From NCBI GenBank assembly GCA_002269645.1, contig NIVC01000103.1, positions 62,001 to 126,000 of the forward strand: a DNA stretch of 64,000 nucleotides. Direction: 5' to 3'. Each line of letters begins with the position of its first letter. Position 1 is the stretch's first letter. The notes beneath the pieces are model-generated. The model was not told the origin of the DNA. It made no database searches and saw nothing but the letters and a program-made list of their open reading frames with translations. Made by a program: the position numbers and the translations under genes. The DNA comes from Macrostomum lignano. Taxonomy: Eukaryota. Positions 1 through 10,560 of the stretch are shown in pieces.

Positions 1-574
1 GGTCATAATAGAAATGGCGGGTTGGCGAAGCAAAGGGTGAAATAGTCCCGGCGATTAGCCCTCCTGCCGCTTCAAAGATAAGAGACTGTCTGTTGGCAAG
101 AGTACCCGGGGTTTAGTTGGGGGGGAGGCTCCTTCGGGTTGCCACGGCCGTGGGGGCGGTCTTATGACCGGTGTTTTTGGCCTATCTAACCCAGGAGAAG
201 GCACGGGCTCCCCTGAATGGTTCACTCTTGTCCCTCTAGCCTCGGGGAGGTTTATGATTTGTACCCGGGGGTGGTGGGCGGTCGGCCCCAGCATGGTAGC
301 CACGGCTCTAGGCCTTCGGGCCATCCCTAATAGGCTTGGGTCCTATCTAACCTGGTTTTTGGGCACGGGCTTCCTGACTGGTATGTCGTTCCGCTGTCAC
401 TGTCCCCCGGGGAGGTTTGTTTTTTTTGATACAGCCCTGTACAGTCCTCTATAGTCTAACTTGGCTTTTAGTGTACATTAGTACACTCCCTAGTAGGAAA
501 CTCATTTATGTCTAGTGGCGTAAGAGCCTATTTCAATGGCTGAGGCGCCGGAGCACTTATTTTAGTTTAGTTAG

Positions 575-1525
575 TTAGAGCGCAAATTCGGCGAGCCATT
601 CGTCCATGTCAGGTAGTTGTGGCGAGTGCCAAACCATCGGAGCTTGAACGCGGCGGCGGTCACCGAGACTAGCCATGCCTGCCATGACCATATCGGCCGG
701 CGTGAACTCCGGGAAACAGGCGTTCGTGGTAACGACCTGCGTATCCGGGGTGGCGATGTCGCCTGCGTGATCGACTACTGTTAAGAGCCAGTAGGCAGTA
801 CCCTCCGGGATGTTGGTGAGGTAGCCCACGGCAATCCGTCCTGAGTGGACAGCGTCCTCGACAAACCTTGAGAAATGTGCGAGGGTGGGTTGCGGCAGAT
901 GGTGATCGTTGGCGTCCTGAGCGGCGGGTGGCTGCCAGGGAGCCGGAAAGAAACGCTCGGCACCACTACGCACTGTTCACTTGCCAATAGCGTTACAGAA
1001 ATCAGCAACGCATTTCGGCAAGATGGTGTCGGTTTGATGTGCGACTCTTCCATCTGTCCTGCGACCGGTAACCTTGGAATACACAGCGTGTATTCGGGCG
1101 CAGAGGTAGTAGCGGCAGGCACCAGCGAATTCGTCTTCGGTGCACGACGGGGCTACGTCCTCAGCCGGCCAGAGCTCAGTCACAATGGCTCTGTATAGTT
1201 TTCTCCAAATGTGGTCGAATGGAGCGTGATTCATCACGACCTCGATTCGGTCATTGGAGATGCGAAGGTCCAGCCTTCGGGCAAGCTGGTCGATCCGAGA
1301 TGGCGGCGGGTCACCGCAGTTGCGTCGCGGCGCCGTGCTTGGCGTCGGCTGATGCACTATAGCCGGTGGCCTCGGCGGTCCAGGTCGGCGAGTAGTCTGG
1401 TGGCCAATGGATTGGCTACCTCTGCCCATACTACGCTTTCCGGCGCCTGATTGCGACCGTCTATCGCGGTTCGGATCCTGCCTAGGTCGCGCGGACGACG
1501 GGCCGGCCGGCCTATTGGACGACAG
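575..1525 (-). pseudogene. Endogenous partiti-like (dsRNA) virus capsid protein gene with one in-frame TGA
   Basis: ORFs 977..1429 and 575..973 are in the same frame, separated only by TGA (977-979) and one codon. The frame stays open upstream to a CTG at 1523-1525 and encodes an Arg/Pro-rich arm. Motifs YYLCARIHAVYSKVTGRR, LPKCVADFCNAIG, EGTAYWLL and FPEFTPAD match my recollection of invertebrate partiti-like virus capsids. Confidence 0.72.
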
Positions 1526-1941
1526 TGTACAAAAACTTAATTCTTAGGCTAGACTGTATTAGTACTACAGGCTCCCCCGAACTTCAACTGCTAGATACTT
1601 GTATAGAACTCCCCAACTCCTCGATCTATTCCTGGCATAATTATTTCCCAAGCTAAAACTACTAATAGTAGCGCAAAAGCCTATGTGCCCTAGTACAATA
1701 AAATAGCAAAAAACGCTAATTTTGATACTGAAAAAGTGTAGAACCAGCCAATATTATCAATAGTTTCTCTGGCCGATACAGTCTCTTTTTAAATTAAACT
1801 TATTAATTTGCGGTGGTTTGCAAGTTTGAAATCTTCACCACTGTTTCTATGCTGTAACCTGGGGACTTAGTTACCTCATCGTCACTTTAACCTTACCTGT
1901 TTCATAGACACACATTCTCCCCTAAAAATGCCTTTTTTAAG

Positions 1942-2597
1942 TTCGGCTGGGCCGCGGTCCAAAATTCGCACCTGTCGCTGATACCTCAGCTAGCGGAGAC
2001 GGACACCGAACGGACTCGTTTAAATTCAATCCGATTCGCTTTCACCGTGGCCAGCAATATTGTTGTGTACCTGAGCGCATTTCTATTACTGAAATTCAAC
2101 GAAATTGAAACTGGCAAGCCGGACGACGACTCAGGCCAGCTGAGTCCGGCTGATGCCGAGAGTTTTCGCTACTTAGTATTCATAGTCTGCAGTCTTGGCA
2201 GCCTGTGCACCCTGCTGTTTCATCTCGTGCTAAAGGAGGTGCCAAATTCAACAGTCGAAGTCAACGACAATCGCGCCGGCATCAATGACGCAGAGGAAGT
2301 CGATGACGGCGTCGAGGATCGACCGCTAGCAGCAGCTACAAGCTCAGCGTCCACCGCTGTCTGTACCAAGATGCGCGCGTTGGACTGGCTGAAGGAGCCA
2401 CAGTTCTATGCCATCGGCACTCTGTACATGCTCACCCGGCTGATAATTAATGTTGCTCAAGTTTACCTGCCGCTTCTGGTTACAGAATCTTTCGGATTGC
2501 ACAAGGCTTGGATTGCTATTGTGCCGTTAGTTGTGTACTTTGTTAGCATGCTTACTAGCGTCTTGATTGAGACTTGCCACGCTCTAGGCAGGAACCG
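1942..2597 (+). CDS. MFSD12: MFS transporter MFSD12-like, internal exon (5' exons not in window)
   Basis: Acceptor ttttttaag| at 1941, then FGWAAVQNSHLSLIPQL...RFAFTVASNIVVY, matching the MFSD12 FGWAATQISHLSLIPEL motif. WLKEPQFY..LYMLTRLIINVAQVYLP follows. Donor CG|gtgagt at 2598. Confidence 0.88.
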
Positions 2598-3127
2598 GTG
2601 AGTCCGAGAGAATTTAATATCCTATGTTTTAAGTACATTGCAGCATTTAACAAGTCTGAGTTTCACGCTATACCACCATTCCCCGTGCGTGCGGTCACCG
2701 CAAGTTTTGTCGTGCCCAGCCGTGAGGGCCAACAGAGATTGTACATGACGATGCTGTGACAAAAATGGCTAAAATTCGTTTGAGTCGCTCTAGTGACTTT
2801 GAACGACTCAAACGCGTTTAATGCAACACTGTTGTTGCGTCACAAGCGCGTCACGCGAGTTGTAGAATCGCTCGCAAAAGAGTCTTCCAAGAATCGTTGT
2901 GTTGGTGCTTAACTTTTGCTTATTCTAGAGTTGCTAAAATGGTCACTGTTACTGTTACTGTCTCCGCTTGATTTAGTCCACAGACCTGCTTGCAATTATT
3001 GATATTATAGATTGTAGTTTTTCATTTCTGACAAAACAAGAATTGAGGTTTATTTGGCATTCATCCGTATCTGCACCGGTGCTTCGCTTAACTACTTGTT
3101 GGGTTATTAATTAATTTCAAACTGCAG

Positions 3128-3599
3128 CAAAGTGGCCAACCTGCTTGGCTTGGCTTTGATTGGCGGCTTCTCAGCCAGTGCCTACCTGGTGCAGCCCGAC
3201 ACGGTCACGCCATGGCAGTTAGCATTCCCGGCATTGTCCTTGGGCATTGGCAGTTCAATTATCATGATAATGTCCATGTCTCTGACAGCGGATCTGATTG
3301 GCCCGGATAGGGATAGCTCAGCGTTTGTCTACGGCTGCATGAGCTTAGTTGACAAGCTGGCTAATGGAGTGACGGTTTGGATTGTACAGCACACGCAGCC
3401 GCATATGCGACCTGGTGGCGATATCTGTATGAAGTTCTTCCGCGAGATTGAGGGCTTCGGCATTGGCGGCTTCGCTGCTGTGGCCTTCCTGCTGACGCTC
3501 TGCCTGCTGCCAGTCAGGATTGGGCAGCGTAGAAAATTGGCCGCTAAGAATGATGGCGCGAACGGGTACGGCAGCGTCGGGCGGAGGCCTGATGCGTAG
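3128..3599 (+). CDS. MFSD12: MFSD12-like, last coding exon
   Basis: Acceptor ctgcag| at 3127 is phase-compatible with the previous exon. Contains MSLTADLIG...AFVYGCMSLVDKLANG (MFSD12 C-terminal motif). Stop TAG ends at 3599. Confidence 0.88.
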
Positions 3600-3774
3600 T
3601 ATAGTGCTGCGGCTACTGGCTTTTTCATGTCTCTTGATGACCAATTCAGAAGAATGGCAGGTTTTTACTAATGAAAGGGTAATAAGTCAACTATAGCATA
3701 AATTTATAGTGTTGAAACTGGTAATGCTTGAGTTTTAAATTCAGTTGAAAGACTTCGGAAATCATTTTGAGTAG

Positions 3775-4192
3775 CCTCAAGTGAGTAGCCACAGGCAGGT
3801 AGCCTCAGGTAGGTAGCCACAGGCAGGTAGCCTCAGGTAGGTAGCCACAGGCAGGTAGCTTCAAGTACGTAGCCTCAAGTAGGTAGCCTCAGGTAGATAG
3901 CCTCAGGTAGGTAGCCTCAGGTAGGTAGCCACAGGCAGGTAGCTTCAAGTATGCAGCCTAAGGTAGGTGGCCTCAGGTAGTAGCCTCAGGTAGTAGCCTC
4001 AGGTAGTAGCCTTAAGTAGGTAGCCTCAGATAGTAGCCTCAGGTAGGTAGCTTCAGGTAGTAGCCTCAGGTAGGTAGCTTCAGGTAGTAGCCTCAGGTAG
4101 TAGCCTCAGGTAGTAGCCTCAGGTAGATAGCCTCGGGTAGTAGCCTCGAGTATGCAGCATCAAGTAGTAGCTTCAGGTAGGTAGCCTCAGGT
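3775..4192. repeat. Minisatellite, 13-14 bp unit (GTAGCCTCAGGTAG)
   Basis: Tandem array read directly from the sequence. Confidence 0.9.
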
Positions 4193-4804
4193 GATGCACG
4201 AAGTATATACACGAATTTTCAAAAAAGGTATCGTTGACATTAATTCCCTATTCTTTGGTTATGAATATAATTACCTACGGGTATTATTGACCGTAAGCCA
4301 CCAGTTATTATTTGTTGTTATCGAAATTTGCACACTTTATATCATGTTTATAGCAAATCTGTGTTTTAATGAAGCAACTAATTTGATTTTATTTGCTATA
4401 ATTTTTCTGTAAAATAGACTTGAATACAATATATTTGCAGCTGCACAATCTGAGTAAGGCGGTGCGCTTATCAGCTCTGCTTCTCCGTGTGCATGGTTGA
4501 GGCGTGCAACGAATTAAAGATGATGAACTCGTATTAGTTTGATGTTCCATTATACAATATTTCTGCTTGATTAGCCAAATCAATGCACCGAAAACCAGAT
4601 TGGTCCAAGTTTGTTTTATGTTTTCTCCACGTTAGCCTACTACTAATAGTAGGCCCATATCCAGATAGCTCGGATGTTCCAACACGCCTCTATATATATT
4701 CTATTTTTGCAATCCTTTATACCATAATCTGTGTTTGAAATATCTTATTTTCTACTAAATACATTATTTTCTATGTTCAATAAGTGATTACTGTGGCTAA
4801 GTAG

Positions 4805-7055
4805 TGCCTCAGTGACTGAGTTGTGTGTCTGTCTCCTGTGAACACTTCCTTAGTGAGTGGCTCAGTGACTGAGCTGTGTGTCTGTCTCCTGTGAACACTT
4901 CCTGAGTGAGTAGCCCAGTGACTGAGCTGTGTGTCTGTCTCCTGTGAACACTTCCTGAGTGAGTAGCCCAGTGACTGAGCTGTGTGTCTGTCTCCTGTGA
5001 ACACTTCCTTAGTGAGTGGCTCAGTGACTGAGCTGTGTGTCTGTCTCCTGTGAACACTTCCTTAGTGAGTGGCTCAGTGACTGAGCTGTGTTCCTGTCTC
5101 CTGTGAGCACTTCCTTAGTGAGTGGCTCAGTGACTGAGCTGTGTGCCTGTCTCCTGTGAACACTTCCTGAGTGAGTAGCCCAGTGACTGATCTGTGTGCC
5201 TGTCTCCTGTGAACACTTCCTGAGTGAGCGGCTCAGTGACTGAGCTGTGTGTCTGTCTCCTGTGAACACTTCCTTAGTGAGTGGCTCAGTGACTGAGCTG
5301 TGTGCCTGTCTCCTGTGAACACTTCCTGAGTGAGTAGCCCAGTGACTGATCTGTGTGCCTGTCTCCTGTGAACACTTCCTGAGTGAGCGGCTCAGTGACT
5401 GAGCTGTGTGTCTGTCTCCTGTGAACACTTCCTGAGTGAGCGGCTCAGTGACTGAGCTGTGTGTCTGTCTCCTGTGAACACTTCCTGAGTGAGTAGCCCA
5501 GTGACTGAGCTGTGTGTCTGTCTCCTGTGAACACTTCCTGAGTGAGTAGCCCAGTGACTGATCTGTGTTCCTGTCTCCTGTGAACACTTCCTGAGTGAGT
5601 AGCCCAGTGACTGATCTGTGTGCCTGTCTCCTGTGAACACTTCCTGAGTGAGTAGCCCAGTGACTGAGTTGTGTGCCTGTCTCCTGTGAACACTTCCTGA
5701 GTGAGTAGCCCAGTGACTGAGTTGTGTGTCTGTCTCCTGTGAACACGTGAGTGAGTAGCCCAGTGACTGAGCTGTGTTCCTGTCTCCTGTGAACACTTCC
5801 TGAGTGAGCGGCTCAGTGACTGATTTGTGTGTCTGTCTCCTGTGAACACTTCCTGAGTGAGTAGCCCAGTGACTGAGCTGTGTGTCTGTCTCCTGTGAAC
5901 ACTTCCTGAGTGAGTAGCCCAGTGACTGAGCTGTGTGTCTGTCTCCTGTGAACACTTCCTGAGTGAGTGGCTCAGTGACTGAGCTGTGTGCCTGTCTCCT
6001 GTGAACACTTCCTGAGTGAGTAGCTCAGTGACTGAGCTGTGTTCCTGTCTCCTGTGAACACTTCCTGAGTGAGCGGCTCAGTGACTGATTTGTGTGCCTG
6101 TCTCCTGTGAACACTTCCTGAGTGAGCGGCTCAGTGACTGAGTTGTGTGCCTGTCTCCTGTGAACACTTCCTGAGTGAGTAGCCCAGTGACTGAGCTGTG
6201 TGTCTGTCTCCTGTGAACACTTCCTGAGTGAGTAGCCCAGTGACTAAGCTGTGTTCCTGTCTCCTGTGAACACTTCCTGAGTGAGTAGCCCAGTGACTGA
6301 TCTGTGTGCCTGTCTCCTGTGAACACTTCCTGAGTGAGTAGCCCAGTGACTGAGCTGTGTGTCTGTCTCCTGTGAATACTTCCTGAGTGAGTGGCTCAGT
6401 GACTGAGTTGTGTCTGTCTCCTGTGAACACTTCCTGAGTGAGTAGCTCAGTGACTGAGTTGTGTCTGTCTCCTGTGAACACTTCCTGAGTGAGCGGCTCA
6501 GTGACTGAGCTGTGTGCCTGTCTCCTGTGAACACTTTCTGAGTGAGTAGCTCAGTGACTGAGTTGTGTCTGTCTCCTGTGAACACTTCCTGAGTGAGTAG
6601 CTCAGTGACTGAGTTGTGTGCCTGTCTCCTGTGAACACTTCCTGAGTGAGTAGCTCAGTGACTGAGTTGTGTGCCTGTCTCCTGTGAACACTTTCTGAGT
6701 GAGTAGCTCAGTGACTGAGTTGTGTCTGTCTCCTGTGAACACTTCCTGAGTGAGTAGCTCAGTGACTGAGTTGTGTGCCTGTCTCCTGTGAACACTTCCT
6801 GAGTGAGCGGCTCAGTGACTGAGTTGTGTGCCTGTCTCCTGTGAACACTTCCTGAGTGAGTAGCCCAGTGACTGAATTGTGTGCCTGTCTCCTGTGAACA
6901 CTTCCTGAGTGAGTAGCCCAGTGACTGAATTGTGTGCCTGTCTCCTGTGAACACTTCCTGAGTGAGCGGCTCAGTGACTGAGTTGTGTGCCTGTCTCCTG
7001 TGAACACTTCCTGAGTGAGCGGCTCAGTGACTGAGTTGTGTGCCTGTCTCCTGTA
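4805..7055. repeat. Tandem repeat, 53-bp unit (GAGTGAGTAGCCCAGTGACTGAGCTGTGTGTCTGTCTCCTGTGAACACTTCCT), about 42 copies
   Basis: Unit counted from the sequence. It explains the many repetitive ORFs in the track. Confidence 0.95.
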
Positions 7056-7639
7056 ATGTCTGCTTGTCTGGAGTATTCAATTTTACTGGAAATGTAAAAT
7101 CATGTTCTGTTCTTCCACGTGAATGGAATTCCTATTGCCTTTTTTGCCACTTGTGCCTGGAATTAAAAAATTTTCTAGATTTATAGATGCATGCGTTTTG
7201 GATAATGTTGTGATTCAATTATTTTTTATTACTATTACCATTTGTAATTGTTTAACTGTAATTGTTTTTTGCACCTATTCTGCGTCTTTCCTTAATTGTT
7301 CGTCTGGGGGAGGCATCACCTATCAGGTTTGTGTTGTTTTTATAATTTATCACTTTTTTAATTCCTCAAAAAGGGAATAAACTTTTCCAAAGTAGAGCAC
7401 GCGGTTCTGTGGCTTAAAAATTTGATTCCGATTTTGCCACAGAATTGGATGTAATCTACGAAATTATCTGTGTAGTGTCTTGTATTCATTTTATTGAAGA
7501 CAACGATTAATATTCTGTTAATGCCAGTGTAGGTGCCAGTAGGTCCGTTAAAAACCTCACTGCTGCGTGCGTGGCTGTTTGTCTGTATGTCTGTTTATGT
7601 CTTCCTGTCCGTCTGTTTGTTTGCTTGTGACTTGTGTCT

Positions 7640-8600
7640 GTTTTTGGCGGCCTGTCTGTCTGTCTGTTTTCGACTGCCTGCTGTCTGTTTTTGACAGTCT
7701 GCTGCCTGTTTTTGACTGCCTGCTGTCTGTTTTTGACAGTCTGCTGTCTGTTTTTGACTGTCTGCTGTCTGTTTTTGACTGTCTGCTGTCTGTCTGTTTT
7801 TGACTGCCTGCTGTCTGTCTGTTTTTGACTGTCTGCTGTCTGTCTGTTTTTGACTGTCTGCTGTCTGTCTGTTTTTGACTGTGCTGTCTGTCTGTCTTTG
7901 ACTGTCTGCTGTCTGTCTGTTTTTGACTGTCTGCTGTCTGTCTGTTTTTGACTGCCTGCTGTCTGTCTGTTTTTGACTGTCTGCTGTCTGTCTGTTTTTG
8001 ACTGTCTGCTGTCTGTTTTTGACTGTCTGCTGTCTGTTTTTGACTGTCTGCTGTCTGTTTTTGACTGCCTGCTGTCTGTTTTTGACAGTCTGCTGTCTGT
8101 TTTTGACTGCCTGCTGTCTGTTTTTGACAGTCTGCTGTCTGTTTTTGACTGTCTGCTGTCTGTTTTTGACTGTCTGCTGTCTGTCTGTTTTTGACTGCCT
8201 GCTGTCTGTCTGTTTTTGACTGTCTGCTGTCTGTCTGTTTTTGACTGTCTGCTGTCTGTCTGTTTTTGACTGTGCTGTCTGTCTGTCTTTGACTGTCTGC
8301 TGTCTGTCTGTTTTTGACTGCCTGCTGTCTGTCTGTTTTTGACTGTCTGCTGTCTGTCTGTTTTTGACTGTCTGCTGTCTGTTTTTGACTGTCTGCTGTC
8401 TGTTTTTGACTGTCTGCTGTCTGTTTTGACTGTCTGCTGTCTGTCTGTTTTTGACTGCCTGCTGTCTGTCTGTTTTTGACTGTCTGCTGTCTGTCTGTTT
8501 TTGACTGTCTGCTGTCTGTCTGTTTTTGACTGTGCTGTCTGTCTGTTTGTTTTTGACTGTGCTGTCTGTCTGTCTTTGACTGTCTGTCTGTCTGTTTTTT
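7640..8600. repeat. Minisatellite, 21/25-bp units (GACTGTCTGCTGTCTG(TCTG)TTTTT)
   Basis: Tandem array read directly from the sequence. Confidence 0.93.
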
Positions 8601-8830
8601 TCAGTCTACACATCTGCCTCTATCTCTGTCTGTCTATCGCAGCAGTTAGCGTTATTCCAAGCGTTTCAACTTGCAGGTGATCAATTTTGAAATAGCAAAC
8701 TATTGCAATAAATGAGTGAATAAGTTTTCAGTCACAAACCCAATTAAATAAAGCCAATCTGTATTTATTGCAGTAGCAGCATCTGTTGAGCTGATAAATC
8801 TATTACTGACAGTAGTGAAGCACAGACAGC

Positions 8831-9059
8831 ATGTGGCGCAAACCGGTCTCAAAGTACAAAAATGCCCAAGCTGCCGAGCAGCCGGCTCAAGCTGTTAAAT
8901 TTGCTCAGATTGGACTGGCCGCCTGTACTGAAGGTCCCGAGCTCGTTGCCTGCAACCGCGGAGTCCTGCTGGCAACCAGCTGCTCCAGGCTGTGCTTGTG
9001 GCGGCTGGCTGATGAGGCAGCCTCTCTGCAGCCCGTCTCTGTTGCCGGGGGAATCTCGG
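8831..9059 (+). CDS. CORO7: Coronin-7/POD-1 exon 1
   Basis: MWRKPVSKYKNAQ resembles the coronin N-terminal SKY/FKN motif. Donor G|gtaag at 9060, phase 1. Confidence 0.85.
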
Positions 9060-9300
9060 GTAAGATTAGGTTAAGTGATTATTTTATTATTTGTATCTGT
9101 CCTATTTGTTGTGCTTTTGGCTTTAGCCTTAAGCAATTGTCAGTCTAGCGGTCTGTTGACCTCTGACGCGTCTATTCTTTATTTCATAACTCAATAGCAT
9201 GGTTCAATTCATCAACGCAGTCGCGTAACAAAAATGTCTATGGCAAAGCCATCAACCCACAACACCCTCCCTCTTCTATAGGTAGGCGTACAATTATCAC

Positions 9301-10560
9301 TCAGGTGCGATAAAAAATTCTAGTTTTCTTGGCCAAGCGTTCGCTTCGCCTGGGTGACGGCTTGGATTGAACTCCGGCCTCAGTCTGTTGCTGTTGTGCT
9401 CTCTCAGCTTGTTCTGTTCCCGGTAGTGTCTCAGTGTCTGTCGATGACGGACGCGTCTGTTGGCCGTCGTCACTTGGACTGCTGCCACCGGGCTTGGAAT
9501 CCCCCATTTCCGTAGTTCCGTGAGCCTCAGGTACCTCACCGATTCGTAGTTGATCGAGGTGGGTCTTTAGATTTCGTCCAGTCTCTGTGGTAACGACTGC
9601 TGTGTTGCTGCCAAGCATTTTGGCGAATCTCACAGTTCGTGGCTCATGAGAACTTGATGCACGGTAGATGAGTGATTCTCCTGGGATCCACTTGGACTGA
9701 GTGCTGCTCTCCGAGATGGGGAGTCTTATTTGTCTGCCGTTCAACAACTCGGACGGTGATGCTTGCTGCTTCCCTTTGGCAGCTCTGTAGAACAGTAGAA
9801 ATCTGTCAATACTTCTTTGGGATAAACCATTGGTCTTGATTGTCTCTTTGACGGTTCGCACCATTCGCTCTGCAATGCCGTTGCTCTGTGGATGGTAGGC
9901 GGGCGTTGTGATGTGCGAACAGCCAATCTGGGTGAGCCAGCCGGTCACCGCTTCGCTCACAAAACTAGGGCCGTTGTCTGACACGAGACACTTGGGCACC
10001 CCCTGTTGTGAGAACAATCTTCTAAGTCTGGAAATGACTGTGTCGGCCTTCATGTCGCTCGTGATGAAGACTTCCGGGTAGCTCGAGTGCGCATCCACAA
10101 TGATGAGTAGGTACTTGCCCTCTATCGGACCGGCAAAATCAATGTGCACTCGCTCCCAGGGGTTGTCTGGTTCTGGCCACGAGTGCCGAAAGTTCTTATT
10201 TCTGGACTTGTACGCGTTGGACACGTTGCATCGTCCAATGTAGTCAGCGATGTCACGGTCCATCTGTGGCCACCAGAACTGTTCCCTCAAAATTGACTTT
10301 GACTTTTCCACCCCAAGGTGCGTTGAGTGTACAGCTGCCAGGGGCAGTTTCTCTCAGGACACGAGGCAATACAATTCTGTTCATTCTGTAAATAATTCCA
10401 TCATTGACAGTTAGCTCATCTTGAACTTTCGAGTAGCTGAGTAGGTGTGGGTCGTCAAATAGATTATTGTTAATTATGGCTGCGCCCAGGCATCTGAACT
10501 CCGGGTCCTCTCTGGTTGCGTGTGCAATGCGATCCAGCTGAATTACTCCCGGGTTGTCAG
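9301..10560 (-). pseudogene. Gypsy integrase, out of frame with pol (two frameshifts near 10560 and 10343)
   Basis: HSTHLG..WWPQMDRDI..CNVS (last Cys changed to Ser), PWERVHIDFAGP, VSDNGPSF, HPQSNGIAERMV. Confidence 0.9.

Noticed and set aside
977-979. TGA as Trp under a mitochondrial-type genetic code
   Set aside because: All other Trp codons in the ORF are TGG, and the flanks are nuclear, spliced genes.
4805-7055. CRISPR-like regular array
   Set aside because: Units are head-to-tail with no unique spacers, and the context is eukaryotic. The same applies to the other arrays.
4777-8613. Numerous long ORFs (FTGDRHT..., QTDSRQSK...)
   Set aside because: They are translations of stop-poor tandem repeats in multiple frames, with no unique coding flanks or splice links.
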